Source: an uncultured Acidimicrobiales bacterium (lineage in GTDB: Bacteria > Actinomycetota > Acidimicrobiia > Acidimicrobiales > VFJN01). Taken from it: 64,000 nt of DNA. The translations under genes and the position numbers were made by a program. The notes beneath the pieces are model-generated. The model searched no databases, was not told the DNA's origin, and saw only the letters and a program-made list of their open reading frames with translations. Shown here in pieces: positions 1 to 9,764 of the stretch; the first letter of the stretch is position 1, and each line of letters starts with the position of its first letter. The stretch spans positions 453,297 to 517,296 of the forward strand of contig CAWJFG010000019.1 of NCBI GenBank assembly GCA_963842015.1. Reading direction: 5' to 3'.

Positions 1-932
1 ACGCCCTCCTCCACCGGCGTCCACGGGCGCCACCCGAGCTGGATGGCGGCCCGGCCGGCGTCCAGGGCCGAGCGCTGGACCTCTCCTGCGAACGCCGCGG
101 CCTGGGCGGCCGGACGGTCGACGCCCGCGGCGCCGGCCATCGCCGCGTAGAGGTCGTTGACCGACGTCTCGACCCCCGTCCCGATGTTGATGACGAGCCC
201 GTCGCCGCGGTCGACGGCCCGCACGAAGGCGTCGACGCAGTCGTCGACGTACACGAAGTCGCGGGTCTGCTCGCCGTCGCCGTGCACGGTGCACGGCTCG
301 CCGGCCAGGAGTCGCGCCGCGAACGAGGCGATCACGCCGCCGTCGTGGTCGTCGGGTCCGCCCGGCTCCGCCGGCCGCTGGCGTGGCCCGTAGACGTTGG
401 CGAGCGCCAGGGCCGTGTACTCGAGGTCGTGGAGCTGGCGGTACAGGCGGAGGTACTCGAGCGTCACCCGCGCCGACACGCCGTGGGGCGAGCGCGGGGC
501 GAGCGCGTGCGACTCCTTCGCCGGCAGGTTGCGCGGGCGCACCTCGCCGTAGGCCGTGCCACCGCTGGTCGCGACCACGACCTTGCGCGTCCCCGCCCGC
601 CGGGCGCCCTCGAGCACGGTCAGCGTGCCCACGACGTTGACCGCGGCGTCGTCGATCGGGCGACGCACCGAGCGCCGGACCCCGGCCCGTCCGGCCAGGT
701 GGAACACGATCTCGGGCGCCCGCCGGGCGAGCAGGTCGACCGTGTGCTCGTCGGCGATGTCGATCTGCTGGAAGGTGAGCCGGTGGGTGCGGTCGGCCCG
801 CGCCTCCGCGAGGTTGGCGAGCGAGCCCGTGCTGAGGTCGTCGAGCACGTCGACCTCGTGGCCCTCGGCCAGCAGACGGTCGACGAGCGTCGAGCCGATG
901 AAGCCGGCTCCGCCCGTCACCAGGGTGTGCAT
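1..932 (-). CDS. NAD-dependent sugar epimerase/dehydratase (GalE-like extended SDR); C-terminal end cut by the window edge; atypical active site
   Basis: Not in the ORF track because it has no stop inside the window. My own minus-strand translation from the ATG at 930-932 gives MHTLVTGGAGFIGSTLVDRLLAEGHEVDVLDDL..., then NVYGPRQ and DFVYVDD. The expected SPYGxSK reads SPHGVSAR. It lies 14 nt upstream of the next gene in the same direction. Confidence 0.7.
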   Translation of the reverse strand, partial: MHTLVTGGAGFIGSTLVDRLLAEGHEVDVLDDLSTGSLANLAEARADRTHRLTFQQIDIADEHTVDLLARRAPEIVFHLAGRAGVRRSVRRPIDDAAVNVVGTLTVLEGARRAGTRKVVVATSGGTAYGEVRPRNLPAKESHALAPRSPHGVSARVTLEYLRLYRQLHDLEYTALALANVYGPRQRPAEPGGPDDHDGGVIASFAARLLAGEPCTVHGDGEQTRDFVYVDDCVDAFVRAVDRGDGLVINIGTGVETSVNDLYAAMAGAAGVDRPAAQAAAFAGEVQRSALDAGRAAIQLGWRPWTPVEEG

Positions 933-945
933 GCGGGCCGCCTGG

Positions 946-1956
946 TCAGGGGTGGCAGTCGCCCGGCTGCCTCACCCCGTCGAGGCGCGTGCCGGCGGTC
1001 ACGACGTGGTGGTCGCCGATCACGCAGCACGGGCCCAGGCGGGCGCCGGGGGCCACCTCGGCGCCGAAGCCGACCGCCGATCCCTCGACCTCGGCCCCCG
1101 CTCGGACCGCGGATCCGGCGAGCAGCACGGCGCCCTCGACGCGGGCGCCGGCCTCGACCACCACGTCGGGCCCCACGACCGAGCGCCGCACGACGGCGTC
1201 GGGATGGACGTGCGCCGACGGGTCGACCGCCGGCACGGGCTCCCCCCGGAGGCCCTCGGTGAGATCGAGCTGAGCCTGGATGTACGTCTCGGGTGTGCCG
1301 GTGTCGATCCAGTAGGTCTCGCCGTCGAGGGCGAACAGGCTGCGGTCGTCGACGAGCGCCGGGAAGACCTCGCGCTCGACCGAGACCGGCCTCCCGTCGT
1401 CGATGCGGGCCAGCACGGACGGCTCGAGGACGTAGGTGCCGGCGTTGATGAGATCGGTCGGAGCCTCGCCCTTCGGCGGCTTCTCGACGAACTCGATCAC
1501 CCGGCCGTCGCCGTCGCAGGGCACGACGCCGTAGCGCGACGGGTCCTCCACCTTGTGGAGGGCGATCGTGGCCTCGGCGCCGCGCGAGTCGTGGAACTCG
1601 ACGAAGCGGGTGATGTCGAGGTCGGTGAGCACGTCACCGTTGAGCACCAGGAACCGCTCGTCGATGCCGGCGTGCTCGGCGGCGAAGCGGATGGCCCCCG
1701 CGGTGTCGAGCGGGTGGGGCTCGACCGCGTAGTGCAGGGTGGCCCCCGCGCAGGTGCCGTCGGGATACCCCTCGGCGAACGTGTCGGCGCGGAACCCGAG
1801 CGACAGGACGACATCGTCGATGCCGTGGTCGACGAGGTGGCCGACGACGTGGTCGAGCATCGGCCGCTGCACGATCGGCAGCATCTGCTTCGGCCGCTGG
1901 CAGGTCAGCGGACGCAGGCGCGTGCCGAAGCCCCCGACGAGCACCACCGCCCGCAT
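946..1956 (-). CDS. mannose-1-phosphate guanylyltransferase-type NDP-sugar pyrophosphorylase (nucleotidyltransferase domain plus C-terminal hexapeptide-repeat domain)
   Basis: ORF 946..2172(-). The conserved part begins MRAVVLVGGFGTRLRPLT (GxGTRLxPLT), giving an ATG at 1956. The upstream ORF extension is Arg/Pro-rich junk. Confidence 0.8.
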   Translation of the reverse strand: MRAVVLVGGFGTRLRPLTCQRPKQMLPIVQRPMLDHVVGHLVDHGIDDVVLSLGFRADTFAEGYPDGTCAGATLHYAVEPHPLDTAGAIRFAAEHAGIDERFLVLNGDVLTDLDITRFVEFHDSRGAEATIALHKVEDPSRYGVVPCDGDGRVIEFVEKPPKGEAPTDLINAGTYVLEPSVLARIDDGRPVSVEREVFPALVDDRSLFALDGETYWIDTGTPETYIQAQLDLTEGLRGEPVPAVDPSAHVHPDAVVRRSVVGPDVVVEAGARVEGAVLLAGSAVRAGAEVEGSAVGFGAEVAPGARLGPCCVIGDHHVVTAGTRLDGVRQPGDCHP

Positions 1957-1957
1957 G

Positions 1958-2710
1958 TCAACCTGCCGGCGCCGTCGTCGGCGGCGCGGTGCTCGGTGCG
2001 ATCGTGGTCGCGCCCGGGACCGTGGTGTCGGTCGCGCCGCTGCTCGGTGCGGTCGTGGCGGTCGGGTCGTCCGCCGCGCCGAGGGCCTGGAGCTGCGCAG
2101 CCGACTCGGGCTTCGGGATGTCGGTCGTGCCCTCGGGCACGAAGGCGATCGTGTAGCCCTCGCCGTCGTCACGGAAGCGGATGTCGTCGAAGTCGCGGCG
2201 GATCAGAGCCGGCTTCTCGTCGGTGCTCTCGACGTCCTTCCACTGGGCGACCACCAGCTCGCCGTCCTCGTCGCCGCACTTCTGCTCGCCCTCGGTCCAC
2301 GACTGGTCGCCCATCTTGAGCTCGGTGCCGGTGAGCGTGACGCCCGCGCCCTCGAGGAACGTGCCGAGGGTGGCGTTCTCGCCGGCACCGCCGGCCGACG
2401 ACGGGTGGATGTGGATGACGCCGTCGCCGTGGGTGTGGATGCCCACGCGGCTCTCGAACTCGGCCAGGTTCGGCTGGAACTCGTCGCAGATGAAGAAGCC
2501 GACCGCCGCGTGCCAGTGGTCGCCGAGCACCGGCGGGACGTCGTCCTCGGACTTGCGGTCGCTGGCCGCGAAGGCGACGAGCCCGACGCCGAGCAGCATG
2601 ATCACGCCGATCACGCTCGGGAAGAGCAGGTTGCGCTGCTTGTTGGCCGCGGTCCGGCCGCCAGCACGTGCGGCCCGCGCGACCTTCTTGGAGGAGGAGG
2701 CCTTACCCAT
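1958..2710 (-). CDS. membrane-anchored hypothetical protein with a His cluster and a Thr/Pro/Ala-rich tail
   Basis: ORF 1958..2710(-), 250 aa with realistic composition. It has a basic N-terminus followed by one TM helix (LLFPSVIGVIMLLGVGLVAFAA) and the motif HWHAAVGFFICDEF...GIHTHGDGVIHIHP. Its stop lies 1 nt from the next gene's start. Confidence 0.6.
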   Translation of the reverse strand: MGKASSSKKVARAARAGGRTAANKQRNLLFPSVIGVIMLLGVGLVAFAASDRKSEDDVPPVLGDHWHAAVGFFICDEFQPNLAEFESRVGIHTHGDGVIHIHPSSAGGAGENATLGTFLEGAGVTLTGTELKMGDQSWTEGEQKCGDEDGELVVAQWKDVESTDEKPALIRRDFDDIRFRDDGEGYTIAFVPEGTTDIPKPESAAQLQALGAADDPTATTAPSSGATDTTVPGATTIAPSTAPPTTAPAG

Positions 2711-2734
2711 GAGGTTCCGAGGGTATCCGCGTGG

Positions 2735-3997
2735 TCAGCCCCGACGCGAACGCAGCTCGTCGAAGAGCGCCTCGTAGCGCTCGGCGATGGCGGCCGGCGA
2801 CGCCCAGTCCTCGACGAACGCTCGACCGGCACGGCCCATCTCGCGGGCCCGATCGGGGTCCTCCAGGAGCGTGGCCAGGGCTTTCGTGAACTCCTCGGGG
2901 TCGTCGGGCGGCACGGCCAGACCCGCCCGCGCCCGCTCCACCACGCGGGCGACCTCGGTGCCATCGTCCACGCTGGCGACCACCGGCCGGCCCGCGGCCA
3001 GGATCGAGTAGGTCTTCGACGGCACGCTCGACCGGGCGAGGCCGCGGCGCAGCGGCACCACGTGGATGTCGGCGGCGGCGAGGACCTCGGGCAGCCGCTC
3101 CTTGGGCTGGAAGTCGACGAACACGACGTTGTCGAGCCCCGCGGCCTGCTCCTCGAGGGCGGCGCGGGCCGAGCCACCGCCGTTGACGACGAACGCGACG
3201 TCGGCCATGTCGGAGCGGGCCCCGAGCGTGCGGGCGGCGCCCACCACGAGCTCGAGCGACTGCGAGAACCCCACGTTGCCCGCGTACATCACCACCCGCT
3301 TGCCGGTGAGCCCGTGCTCGGCGCGGTACGGACCCTCGTCGGGGTCGCGAGGGGTGATGCGGGCCGTGTCCACGAAGTTGGGGATCACCCGGATGCGGTC
3401 GTGGGCATCGGGCACCGTGCCCCGGATCTTGTCCACGAGGTTGTCGCGCAGGTCGTCGGACAGCACGGTCACCGCGTCCGACCGCCGGTAGCTCCACCGC
3501 TCGAGCCACGACGCGAGCTGGATCACCCGCGGGTTGCTGATGGCGCCCACCTCGACCGCCACGTCGGGGAACACGTCCTGGATGTTGAACACGAAGGGAA
3601 CACCCCAGCGACGTGCGGCCAACCAGCCGGCGCCGCCGAGGGTCAGCGGCGGCGACATGGCGAGGACCGCGTCGGGGCGGGCATCCCGCCGGCCGGCGAG
3701 GCCCAGGGCCGTCGACAGGACGGTGAAGCCGGCGAACCCCGCCGCCCGGGCCGGGATGTTGCGCTTGTCGGTGGGGAACGGGTGGACGCGGGTGATGCGG
3801 CCCCACTCGGTGTCCTCGTGGCGGACCACCTTGCCCGTCCACCCCGGCTCCACGCGGTGGTGCTGGTACCAGGGCAGCGACGTGACGACGTGCAGCTCGT
3901 GGCCGCGGGCCACCAGCTCGGTGGCGATGCTGGTCATCACCTCGCCGGTCGGTGCCGTGTCGGGGGCGAAGTGGGGGCACAGGACCAGCAGCCTCAC
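2735..3997 (-). CDS. glycosyltransferase family 4
   Basis: This is the C-terminal 420 codons of ORF 2735..5128(-). I take the GTG at 3997 (VRLLVLCPHFAPDTAPTGEV) as the start. The GT4 C-terminal region reads VVPLRRGLARSSVPSKTYSILAAGRPVVASVDDGTEVARVVE. There is a GTGA overlap with the upstream gene's stop. Confidence 0.8.
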   Translation of the reverse strand: MRLLVLCPHFAPDTAPTGEVMTSIATELVARGHELHVVTSLPWYQHHRVEPGWTGKVVRHEDTEWGRITRVHPFPTDKRNIPARAAGFAGFTVLSTALGLAGRRDARPDAVLAMSPPLTLGGAGWLAARRWGVPFVFNIQDVFPDVAVEVGAISNPRVIQLASWLERWSYRRSDAVTVLSDDLRDNLVDKIRGTVPDAHDRIRVIPNFVDTARITPRDPDEGPYRAEHGLTGKRVVMYAGNVGFSQSLELVVGAARTLGARSDMADVAFVVNGGGSARAALEEQAAGLDNVVFVDFQPKERLPEVLAAADIHVVPLRRGLARSSVPSKTYSILAAGRPVVASVDDGTEVARVVERARAGLAVPPDDPEEFTKALATLLEDPDRAREMGRAGRAFVEDWASPAAIAERYEALFDELRSRRG

Positions 3998-5139
3998 GGC
4001 GTCGCCTCCTCGTCGGTGGGCAGCGACGTCGCCGCCGCGCGGTAGGCGTCCAGGATGCAGTTCGCCGTGTGGCGCCAGGTGAAGCCGGTGACACGGGCGA
4101 GACCGGCGGCGACCAGGCGCTGTCGCTCCCCGCCGTCCTCGAGCATGCGGTGCATGCCGTCGACCCACGCCTCGGGGTCGTCGACCGGGAGGAGGCGGGC
4201 GGCGCCCCCCGTCACCTCGGGCAGGGCACCGGCGTCGGACGACAGCACCGGCGTGCCGAGGCTCATGGCCTCGAGGACGGGCAGCCCGAACCCCTCGTAG
4301 CGGGACGGGAACGTCATGGCGACGGCCCCCCGCACGATGGCCAGCACGTCCCGCCGTGGGATCAGCCCGGTGCGCCGGACCCGCCCCGACAGCCCCATGC
4401 CGGCGATCTGGTCGCGCACGTGCTGCTCGGCCGGACCCTCGCCACCGGTCAGCACGAGCATGACGTCGTGCTCGCGGGCCGCCACCGCGGCGAAGGCCCG
4501 CAGGAGCAGGGCGTGGTTCTTGTGGTTCCACGTGAACGACGGGAACACGAACCACCGCCGCGGCAACCCGTACCGGGCCTGGACCTGGGCCACGCTCACA
4601 TCGCTGCTCGGAGCCTCGACCCCCCACGGCGCCAGTCCGACCCGGTCGCGGGCGATGCCGAACCGGTCGACGAGACCCGAGCGCACGAACTCGGTGGGGG
4701 CGATGACCCCTACCGCGCGCCGGACGGAGCGGGGGATCGACCGGTGCAGGTAGGTGCGCTTGGTCGACGTGAAGTTCTCGGGCATGTCGAAGGGCTGGAG
4801 ATCGTGGATCGTGACGAGACCGGGTGCGCCCTGGACGGTCGGGAGCACGCCGCCCATGTGGTGGACCATGTCGACCTCGCCCTTCACCTGGCGGGCGAGC
4901 CACGAGTTCTCGGCCGCGACGCGCACACCCCGGAGGCGCCCGGTCAGACGGGCCAGGTGGGTGGGGAACGCCGCCACCACGTCGGGGTAGGTCTGGCCGA
5001 ACGAGTCGAGGGCGTAGAGCGTCAGCTCGATGTCGTCGGGCGGATCCACGGCGATCTCCCGCAGGAGCGACACGGTCGCCGTCTCGGTCCCGCCGACGCT
5101 CCCGGGCACCAGCCACAGCAGGTTGCACCCGACCTTCAT
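3994..5139 (-). CDS. glycosyltransferase family 4
   Basis: ORF 3994..5433(-). The conserved part starts MKVGCNLLWLVPGSVGGTE (ATG at 5139). It carries FPSRYEGFGLPVLEAMSLGTPVLSSDAGALPEV (EX7E type). Confidence 0.8.
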   Translation of the reverse strand: MKVGCNLLWLVPGSVGGTETATVSLLREIAVDPPDDIELTLYALDSFGQTYPDVVAAFPTHLARLTGRLRGVRVAAENSWLARQVKGEVDMVHHMGGVLPTVQGAPGLVTIHDLQPFDMPENFTSTKRTYLHRSIPRSVRRAVGVIAPTEFVRSGLVDRFGIARDRVGLAPWGVEAPSSDVSVAQVQARYGLPRRWFVFPSFTWNHKNHALLLRAFAAVAAREHDVMLVLTGGEGPAEQHVRDQIAGMGLSGRVRRTGLIPRRDVLAIVRGAVAMTFPSRYEGFGLPVLEAMSLGTPVLSSDAGALPEVTGGAARLLPVDDPEAWVDGMHRMLEDGGERQRLVAAGLARVTGFTWRHTANCILDAYRAAATSLPTDEEATP

Positions 5140-6233
5140 CTCCCCAGCACCTCCTCGTAGGCGGCGATCGTCGCCGCCGCGGTACCCGCCCACGTCGTGG
5201 ACGCGGCCCGCTCCCGCCCGGCCGCTCGCAGGCGATCGGCCAGGTCGTCGTCGTCGAGCACGGACGCCATGGCTCCGGCGATGGCGTCGACGTCGTACGG
5301 GTCGACGGCGAGGCCGGCCCCGCCGGCGATCAGCTCCTCGGTGGCCGTGCCCTTGGACGTGACGACGGGAGCACCCGCGCCCATCGCCTCGGCCACCGGC
5401 AGGCCGTAGCCCTCCCACAGGCTCGGGTAGCACACCACTGCCGCTCCACGGTAGAGAGGCCCCAGCTGCGACCGGGGGACGAAGCCCGTGAACCGCAGCC
5501 GCGTCCCCAACCGGGTGACCGCCGGCGTGGGCGAGTCACCCCAGCCCTCGGGACCCACGACCACCAGCGTGACGTCCCGCTGCGGCAGCCGGGCGAACGC
5601 CTCGATCAGGCGCGGGAGGTTCTTGCGGGGCTCGAGGGTCCCCACCGAGAGCACGTAGCGCCCGGGGACCCCGAGCCGCTCTCGCGCCCCGTCGACCTCG
5701 GCCTCGGTGGCGTCGACCGCGGTCATCCCCCAGGGCACGTGGCGCAGGCGCGAACGGGCGATGCCCGCGCCCACGCAGTCCTCGAGCGTCGCCTGCGATG
5801 GCGCCAGCACCAGGTCGGCGTCGTCCAGCACGCAGCGGAGCCCCGCCTCGAAGAAGCGGACGCCGTTGGCGGTGAACATCGAGGGTTCGCGTCGCCACGC
5901 CAGGTCGTGCATCGTGACCACGAGGGGGGCCGTGCGCGGCGGGATGGCGTAGCCCGTGGCGTGGACGACGTCGACGGGACCGGTGGCCCGCTCGACCGCC
6001 GGGCGGCGCCACCGGTGCCACGTGCGGTAGAGCGCCTGGCGTGGCAGGGGGAGGTGGCAGACCGGGATGCTCGGGCGGAACGGCTCGGGCGGCGGCGCCG
6101 GGTGGCGGGCGGCCACCCCCACCTGGTCGACGCGTCCCGTGGCCGCGACCGCTGCCACCTGGTCGAGCGTGGCCGTCGCGGTGCCGCCCGGCACGCGGTG
6201 CCAGCACTGTTCGATGACGACCGCGGCACGCAT
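5136..6233 (-). CDS. glycosyltransferase family 4
   Basis: ORF 5136..6251(-). It carries YPSLWEGYGLPVAEAMGAGAPVVTSKGTATEE. I chose the start at MRAAVVIEQ. There is an ATGA overlap with the downstream gene. Confidence 0.75.
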   Translation of the reverse strand: MRAAVVIEQCWHRVPGGTATATLDQVAAVAATGRVDQVGVAARHPAPPPEPFRPSIPVCHLPLPRQALYRTWHRWRRPAVERATGPVDVVHATGYAIPPRTAPLVVTMHDLAWRREPSMFTANGVRFFEAGLRCVLDDADLVLAPSQATLEDCVGAGIARSRLRHVPWGMTAVDATEAEVDGARERLGVPGRYVLSVGTLEPRKNLPRLIEAFARLPQRDVTLVVVGPEGWGDSPTPAVTRLGTRLRFTGFVPRSQLGPLYRGAAVVCYPSLWEGYGLPVAEAMGAGAPVVTSKGTATEELIAGGAGLAVDPYDVDAIAGAMASVLDDDDLADRLRAAGRERAASTTWAGTAAATIAAYEEVLGR

Positions 6234-6339
6234 GGCCGGGCATCCTCGCACGCTGTGGGCACGCGGGGGTACCCGACCACCTCTGGTGCCGTCGATCGCA
6301 CATCAGGCGCGCGGCGAGCGGCCGGTACGCTCTCTGGCC

Positions 6340-7323
6340 ATGCCCGATTCATTCTCCGGCCCGACGCCCCCCTGGTCCGACCGCTCGGTCGTGGTCACCG
6401 GTGGGCGCGGCTTCCTGGGGCGGGCGGTGTGCGAGCGGCTGCGCCAGCGCGGCGTCGAGCGGCTCGTGACCCCCGGCTCCGCCGACTACGACCTGCGCCG
6501 TCCCGACGACGTCGCCCGCCTGTTCGACGACGCCCGCCCCGACCTCGTCATCCACCTCGCAGCCCGCGTCGGCGGCATCGGGGCCAACATGGCCAACCCC
6601 GCGTCGCTCTACCTCGACAACCTGCTCATGGGCACCTACGTCATCGAGCAGGCGCGGGTCTCGGGCACCCCCAAGACGGTGGTGGCGGGCACGATCTGCT
6701 CGTACCCGAAGCACACGCCGGTGCCCTTCAGCGAGGACTCGCTGTGGCAGGGCTACCCCGAGGAGACCAACGCCCCGTACGGCATCGCCAAGCTGGCCCA
6801 GCTCGTGCAGGCCCAGGCGAACCGGGCCCAGTACGGCCAGGACGTCATCTACCTCATGCCCACCAACCTCTACGGGCCGGGCGACAAGTTCCACCCTGCG
6901 GTCAGCCACGTGATCCCCGCCCTCATCAAGAAGTGCGTCGACGCGGTCGAGTCCGGCGACGACCACGTCGAGGTGTGGGGCACCGGATCGGCGTCGCGCG
7001 AGTTCCTCTACGTCGACGACGCCGCCGAGGGCGTGGTCCTGGCGGCCGAGCGCTACGACGGTGCCGATCCGGTCAACCTCGGCACCGACGAGGAACTGCC
7101 CATCCGCGACCTGGTGGGGCTCATCGCCGACGCCACCGGGTTCACCGGCGAGATCCGCTGGGACGCGTCCAAGCCCGACGGTCAGCCGCGGCGCCGTGTC
7201 GACCCCAGCCGGGCGGCCACCAGCTTCGGGTTCAAGGCCGACGTGCCGTTCGCCGAGGGCCTGCGCCGCACCGTGGCCTGGTACCTCGCGCACCGCGACG
7301 AGGCGCTCGCCCGCGACCACTGA
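6340..7323 (+). CDS. fcl: GDP-L-fucose synthase (GDP-4-keto-6-deoxy-D-mannose 3,5-epimerase/4-reductase)
   Basis: Lies within ORF 6067..7323(+), with the ATG at 6340 (MPDSFSG). Supporting motifs: VVVTGGRGFLG, LAARVGGIGAN, TNAPYGIAKLA, MPTNLYGPGDKFHPAVSHVIPALI. Confidence 0.85.
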   Translation: MPDSFSGPTPPWSDRSVVVTGGRGFLGRAVCERLRQRGVERLVTPGSADYDLRRPDDVARLFDDARPDLVIHLAARVGGIGANMANPASLYLDNLLMGTYVIEQARVSGTPKTVVAGTICSYPKHTPVPFSEDSLWQGYPEETNAPYGIAKLAQLVQAQANRAQYGQDVIYLMPTNLYGPGDKFHPAVSHVIPALIKKCVDAVESGDDHVEVWGTGSASREFLYVDDAAEGVVLAAERYDGADPVNLGTDEELPIRDLVGLIADATGFTGEIRWDASKPDGQPRRRVDPSRAATSFGFKADVPFAEGLRRTVAWYLAHRDEALARDH

Positions 7324-7338
7324 CCGGCCGCCCGGCGG

Positions 7339-8274
7339 TCAGGTGACGATCTCGTGGAACCAGGTCGCAGTGCGCTGGAGGCCGGTGCGCAGATCGGTGC
7401 GCGGCTCCCAGCCGAGGGCGTCACGGGCCAGGGAGATGTCGGGCTGGCGTTGCGCGGGGTCGTCGACCGGGAGCGGCTCGTGCACGATCTCGGACGCCGA
7501 CCCGGTCACCTCGATGACCATCTCGGCCAGCTCGCGGACCGTGAACTCGTGCGGGTTCCCGATGTTCACGGGTCCGGTGATCTCGCCGTCGAGCAGGGCG
7601 AGGAAGCCGGCGACCTCGTCTTCGACGTAGCAGAAGCTCCGGGTCTGCGAGCCGTCGCCGTACACGGTGATCGGCTTGCCCAGCAGCGCCTGGTGCAGGA
7701 AGGTGCTGACGGCCCGCCCGTCGTCGACCCGCAGCCGCGGGCCGTAGGTGTTGAAGATCCGCACGATCCGGACGTCGAGGCCGTGCGACCGGTGATACGC
7801 CATCGTCATCGCCTCGGCGAAGCGCTTGGCCTCGTCGTAGACACCCCGCGGGCCGATCGGGTTGACATGACCCCAGTACGACTCGGGCTGGGGGTGCACC
7901 TGCGGGTCGCCGTAGACCTCACTCGTCGAGGCCAGGAAGAACCGCGCCGACTTGGCCAGGGCCAGGCCCAGGCAGTTGTGCGTGCCGAGGCTGCCGACCT
8001 TCAGGATCTGGATGGGGATGCGCTCGAAGTCGGCCGGTGACGCCGGGCTGGCGAAGTGCATGACCGCGTCCACCTCGCCGGGCACCCAGACGTACTGGCT
8101 GACGTCGTGCTGGACGAACGTGAAGCCCGGGCTGCCGAACAGGTGGTCGATGTTGTCGACCGACCCCGTCAGCATGTTGTCGATGGCGACGACGTGGTCA
8201 CCTCGCGCCAGCAGCGCGTCGCACAGGTGGGACCCGAGGAAACCGGCGCCCCCGGTGACCACGATTCGCGCCAT
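7339..8274 (-). CDS. UDP-glucuronate decarboxylase (UDP-xylose synthase)
   Basis: ORF 7339..8448(-). The conserved start is [19 protein letters not shown] (ATG at 8274). Supporting motifs: [36 protein letters not shown] and RIFNTYGPR. Confidence 0.85.
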   Translation of the reverse strand: MARIVVTGGAGFLGSHLCDALLARGDHVVAIDNMLTGSVDNIDHLFGSPGFTFVQHDVSQYVWVPGEVDAVMHFASPASPADFERIPIQILKVGSLGTHNCLGLALAKSARFFLASTSEVYGDPQVHPQPESYWGHVNPIGPRGVYDEAKRFAEAMTMAYHRSHGLDVRIVRIFNTYGPRLRVDDGRAVSTFLHQALLGKPITVYGDGSQTRSFCYVEDEVAGFLALLDGEITGPVNIGNPHEFTVRELAEMVIEVTGSASEIVHEPLPVDDPAQRQPDISLARDALGWEPRTDLRTGLQRTATWFHEIVT

Positions 8275-9542
8275 CAGCGCCCGATGCCGGCGTAGGTGAA
8301 CCCCCGACGCTCGAGCGCGGGCTTGTCGAGCAGGTTGCGGGCGTCGACGATGCGGGGCTGCCGCATGAGGCCGGCCACCTTGTCGAAGTCGAGCCAGCGG
8401 AACTCGTCCCACTCGGTGAGCAGGACGAGGACGTCGGCGTCGTCGCACACCGAGTACGGGTCCACCGCGGGATCGACACCGCCCACCGGCGCCTTGATGG
8501 CCGGGTCGTAGGCGCGGACCTCGGCGCCGGCCTCGGTGAGGAGGCTCACGATGCGCAGGGCGGGGGAATCACGCGTGTCGTCGGTGCGGGCCTTGAACGT
8601 GAGGCCCCACACGCCGACCTTGACCCCGGCCAGCTGCCCACCGACCGCGTCGCGCACCTTGGCGACGACACGGTGGAACTGCTCGTCGTTGACGGTGATG
8701 ACGCCCTGGAGCAGGTCGAACGAATATCCCGCCGAGTCGGCGATGTGCACCAACGCCCGCGAGTCCTTGGGGAAGCAGCTGCCGCCCCAGCCCGGGCCCG
8801 GCTTCAGGAACTCGTGGCCGATCCGCTTGTCGTAGCCCATGCCGAGCACGACGTCCTTGACGTCGGCCCCGACGGCCTCGCACACGGCGGCGATGGCGTT
8901 GACGAAGCTGATCTTGGTGGCGAGGAAGGCGTTGGACGCGTACTTGATCGTCTCGGCCGATGCGGGATCGGTGACGATGATCGGGGCGGTGACGCTCAGG
9001 TACAGCGACGCCACCCGCACGGCGGCGGACTGGTCGTCGCTGCCGATCACGATGCGGTCGGGGTTGAGGAAGTCGTGCACCGCCGAGCCCTCGCGCAGGA
9101 ACTCGGGGTTCGACACGACGACGACGTCGTCGCGCCCCAGCACCCGCTCGACCGCCCGGGTCGACCCGACCGGCACGGTGGACTTGTTGACCACGACGGC
9201 CTCGGCCGGGAGCACCGGCCCGATCTGGCGGGCCGCGGTCTCGATGTAGGACAGGTCGGCCGAGCCGTCGTCGCCCTGGGGCGTCGGCACGCACAGGTAG
9301 GCGAACTCGACGGACCGGGCGGCGACCTCGGCGCCGACGACGAAGCGCAGGCGACCACCCTCCATCCCCTCGCGGACCAGCGCCTCGAGCCCCGCCTCCA
9401 CGATGGGGATCTCGCCCTCGGAGAGGCGGGCGACCCGCTCCTCGTCGATGTCGGCGCACACCACGTCGTGGCCGAGGGACGAGAAGCACGCGGCCGTGGT
9501 GAGACCCACGTACCCCGCCCCGATCACCGCGATCTGCGCCAT
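8274..9542 (-). CDS. ugd: UDP-glucose 6-dehydrogenase
   Basis: ORF 8274..9581(-). The start is [18 protein letters not shown]. Supporting motifs: [14 protein letters not shown] and [10 protein letters not shown]. Its stop shares 1 nt with the uxs-like start (TGATG). Confidence 0.9.
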   Translation of the reverse strand: MAQIAVIGAGYVGLTTAACFSSLGHDVVCADIDEERVARLSEGEIPIVEAGLEALVREGMEGGRLRFVVGAEVAARSVEFAYLCVPTPQGDDGSADLSYIETAARQIGPVLPAEAVVVNKSTVPVGSTRAVERVLGRDDVVVVSNPEFLREGSAVHDFLNPDRIVIGSDDQSAAVRVASLYLSVTAPIIVTDPASAETIKYASNAFLATKISFVNAIAAVCEAVGADVKDVVLGMGYDKRIGHEFLKPGPGWGGSCFPKDSRALVHIADSAGYSFDLLQGVITVNDEQFHRVVAKVRDAVGGQLAGVKVGVWGLTFKARTDDTRDSPALRIVSLLTEAGAEVRAYDPAIKAPVGGVDPAVDPYSVCDDADVLVLLTEWDEFRWLDFDKVAGLMRQPRIVDARNLLDKPALERRGFTYAGIGR

Positions 9543-9764
9543 CTGCGACCTCCCAACAAGCGGTGCGCTCAGAAGTGGCAACGGTAGTGGACGCGCCCCT
9601 CTCGGGACGCAATGTGGACGCCGAGGCGTGATCCGGCGCCCCGACGCAGAGGGCGGGAGACGAGTCGAGTACCCTCCAACGCGTCCCGCGCAGGGTTCGC
9701 TGTCGGGGCGGTGCCGGGCGGGTGGGGCCGCCTCACCTGCTGGAGACCCACGTCAGGAGTGGCT

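Noticed and set aside
1739-4045. Other very long ORFs without family signal: 556..2319+, 1739..4045+, 4824..7346+, 13742..16126+, 27969..30119-, 37526..40078+, 47842..50157+, 10668..12884+ (5' two thirds)
   Set aside because: Each is antisense to, or out of frame with, a homology-supported gene and has junk composition. Only the segments named in the feature list are taken as coding, for example the 3' part of 10668..12884 (dprE1) and pieces of 37526..40078.
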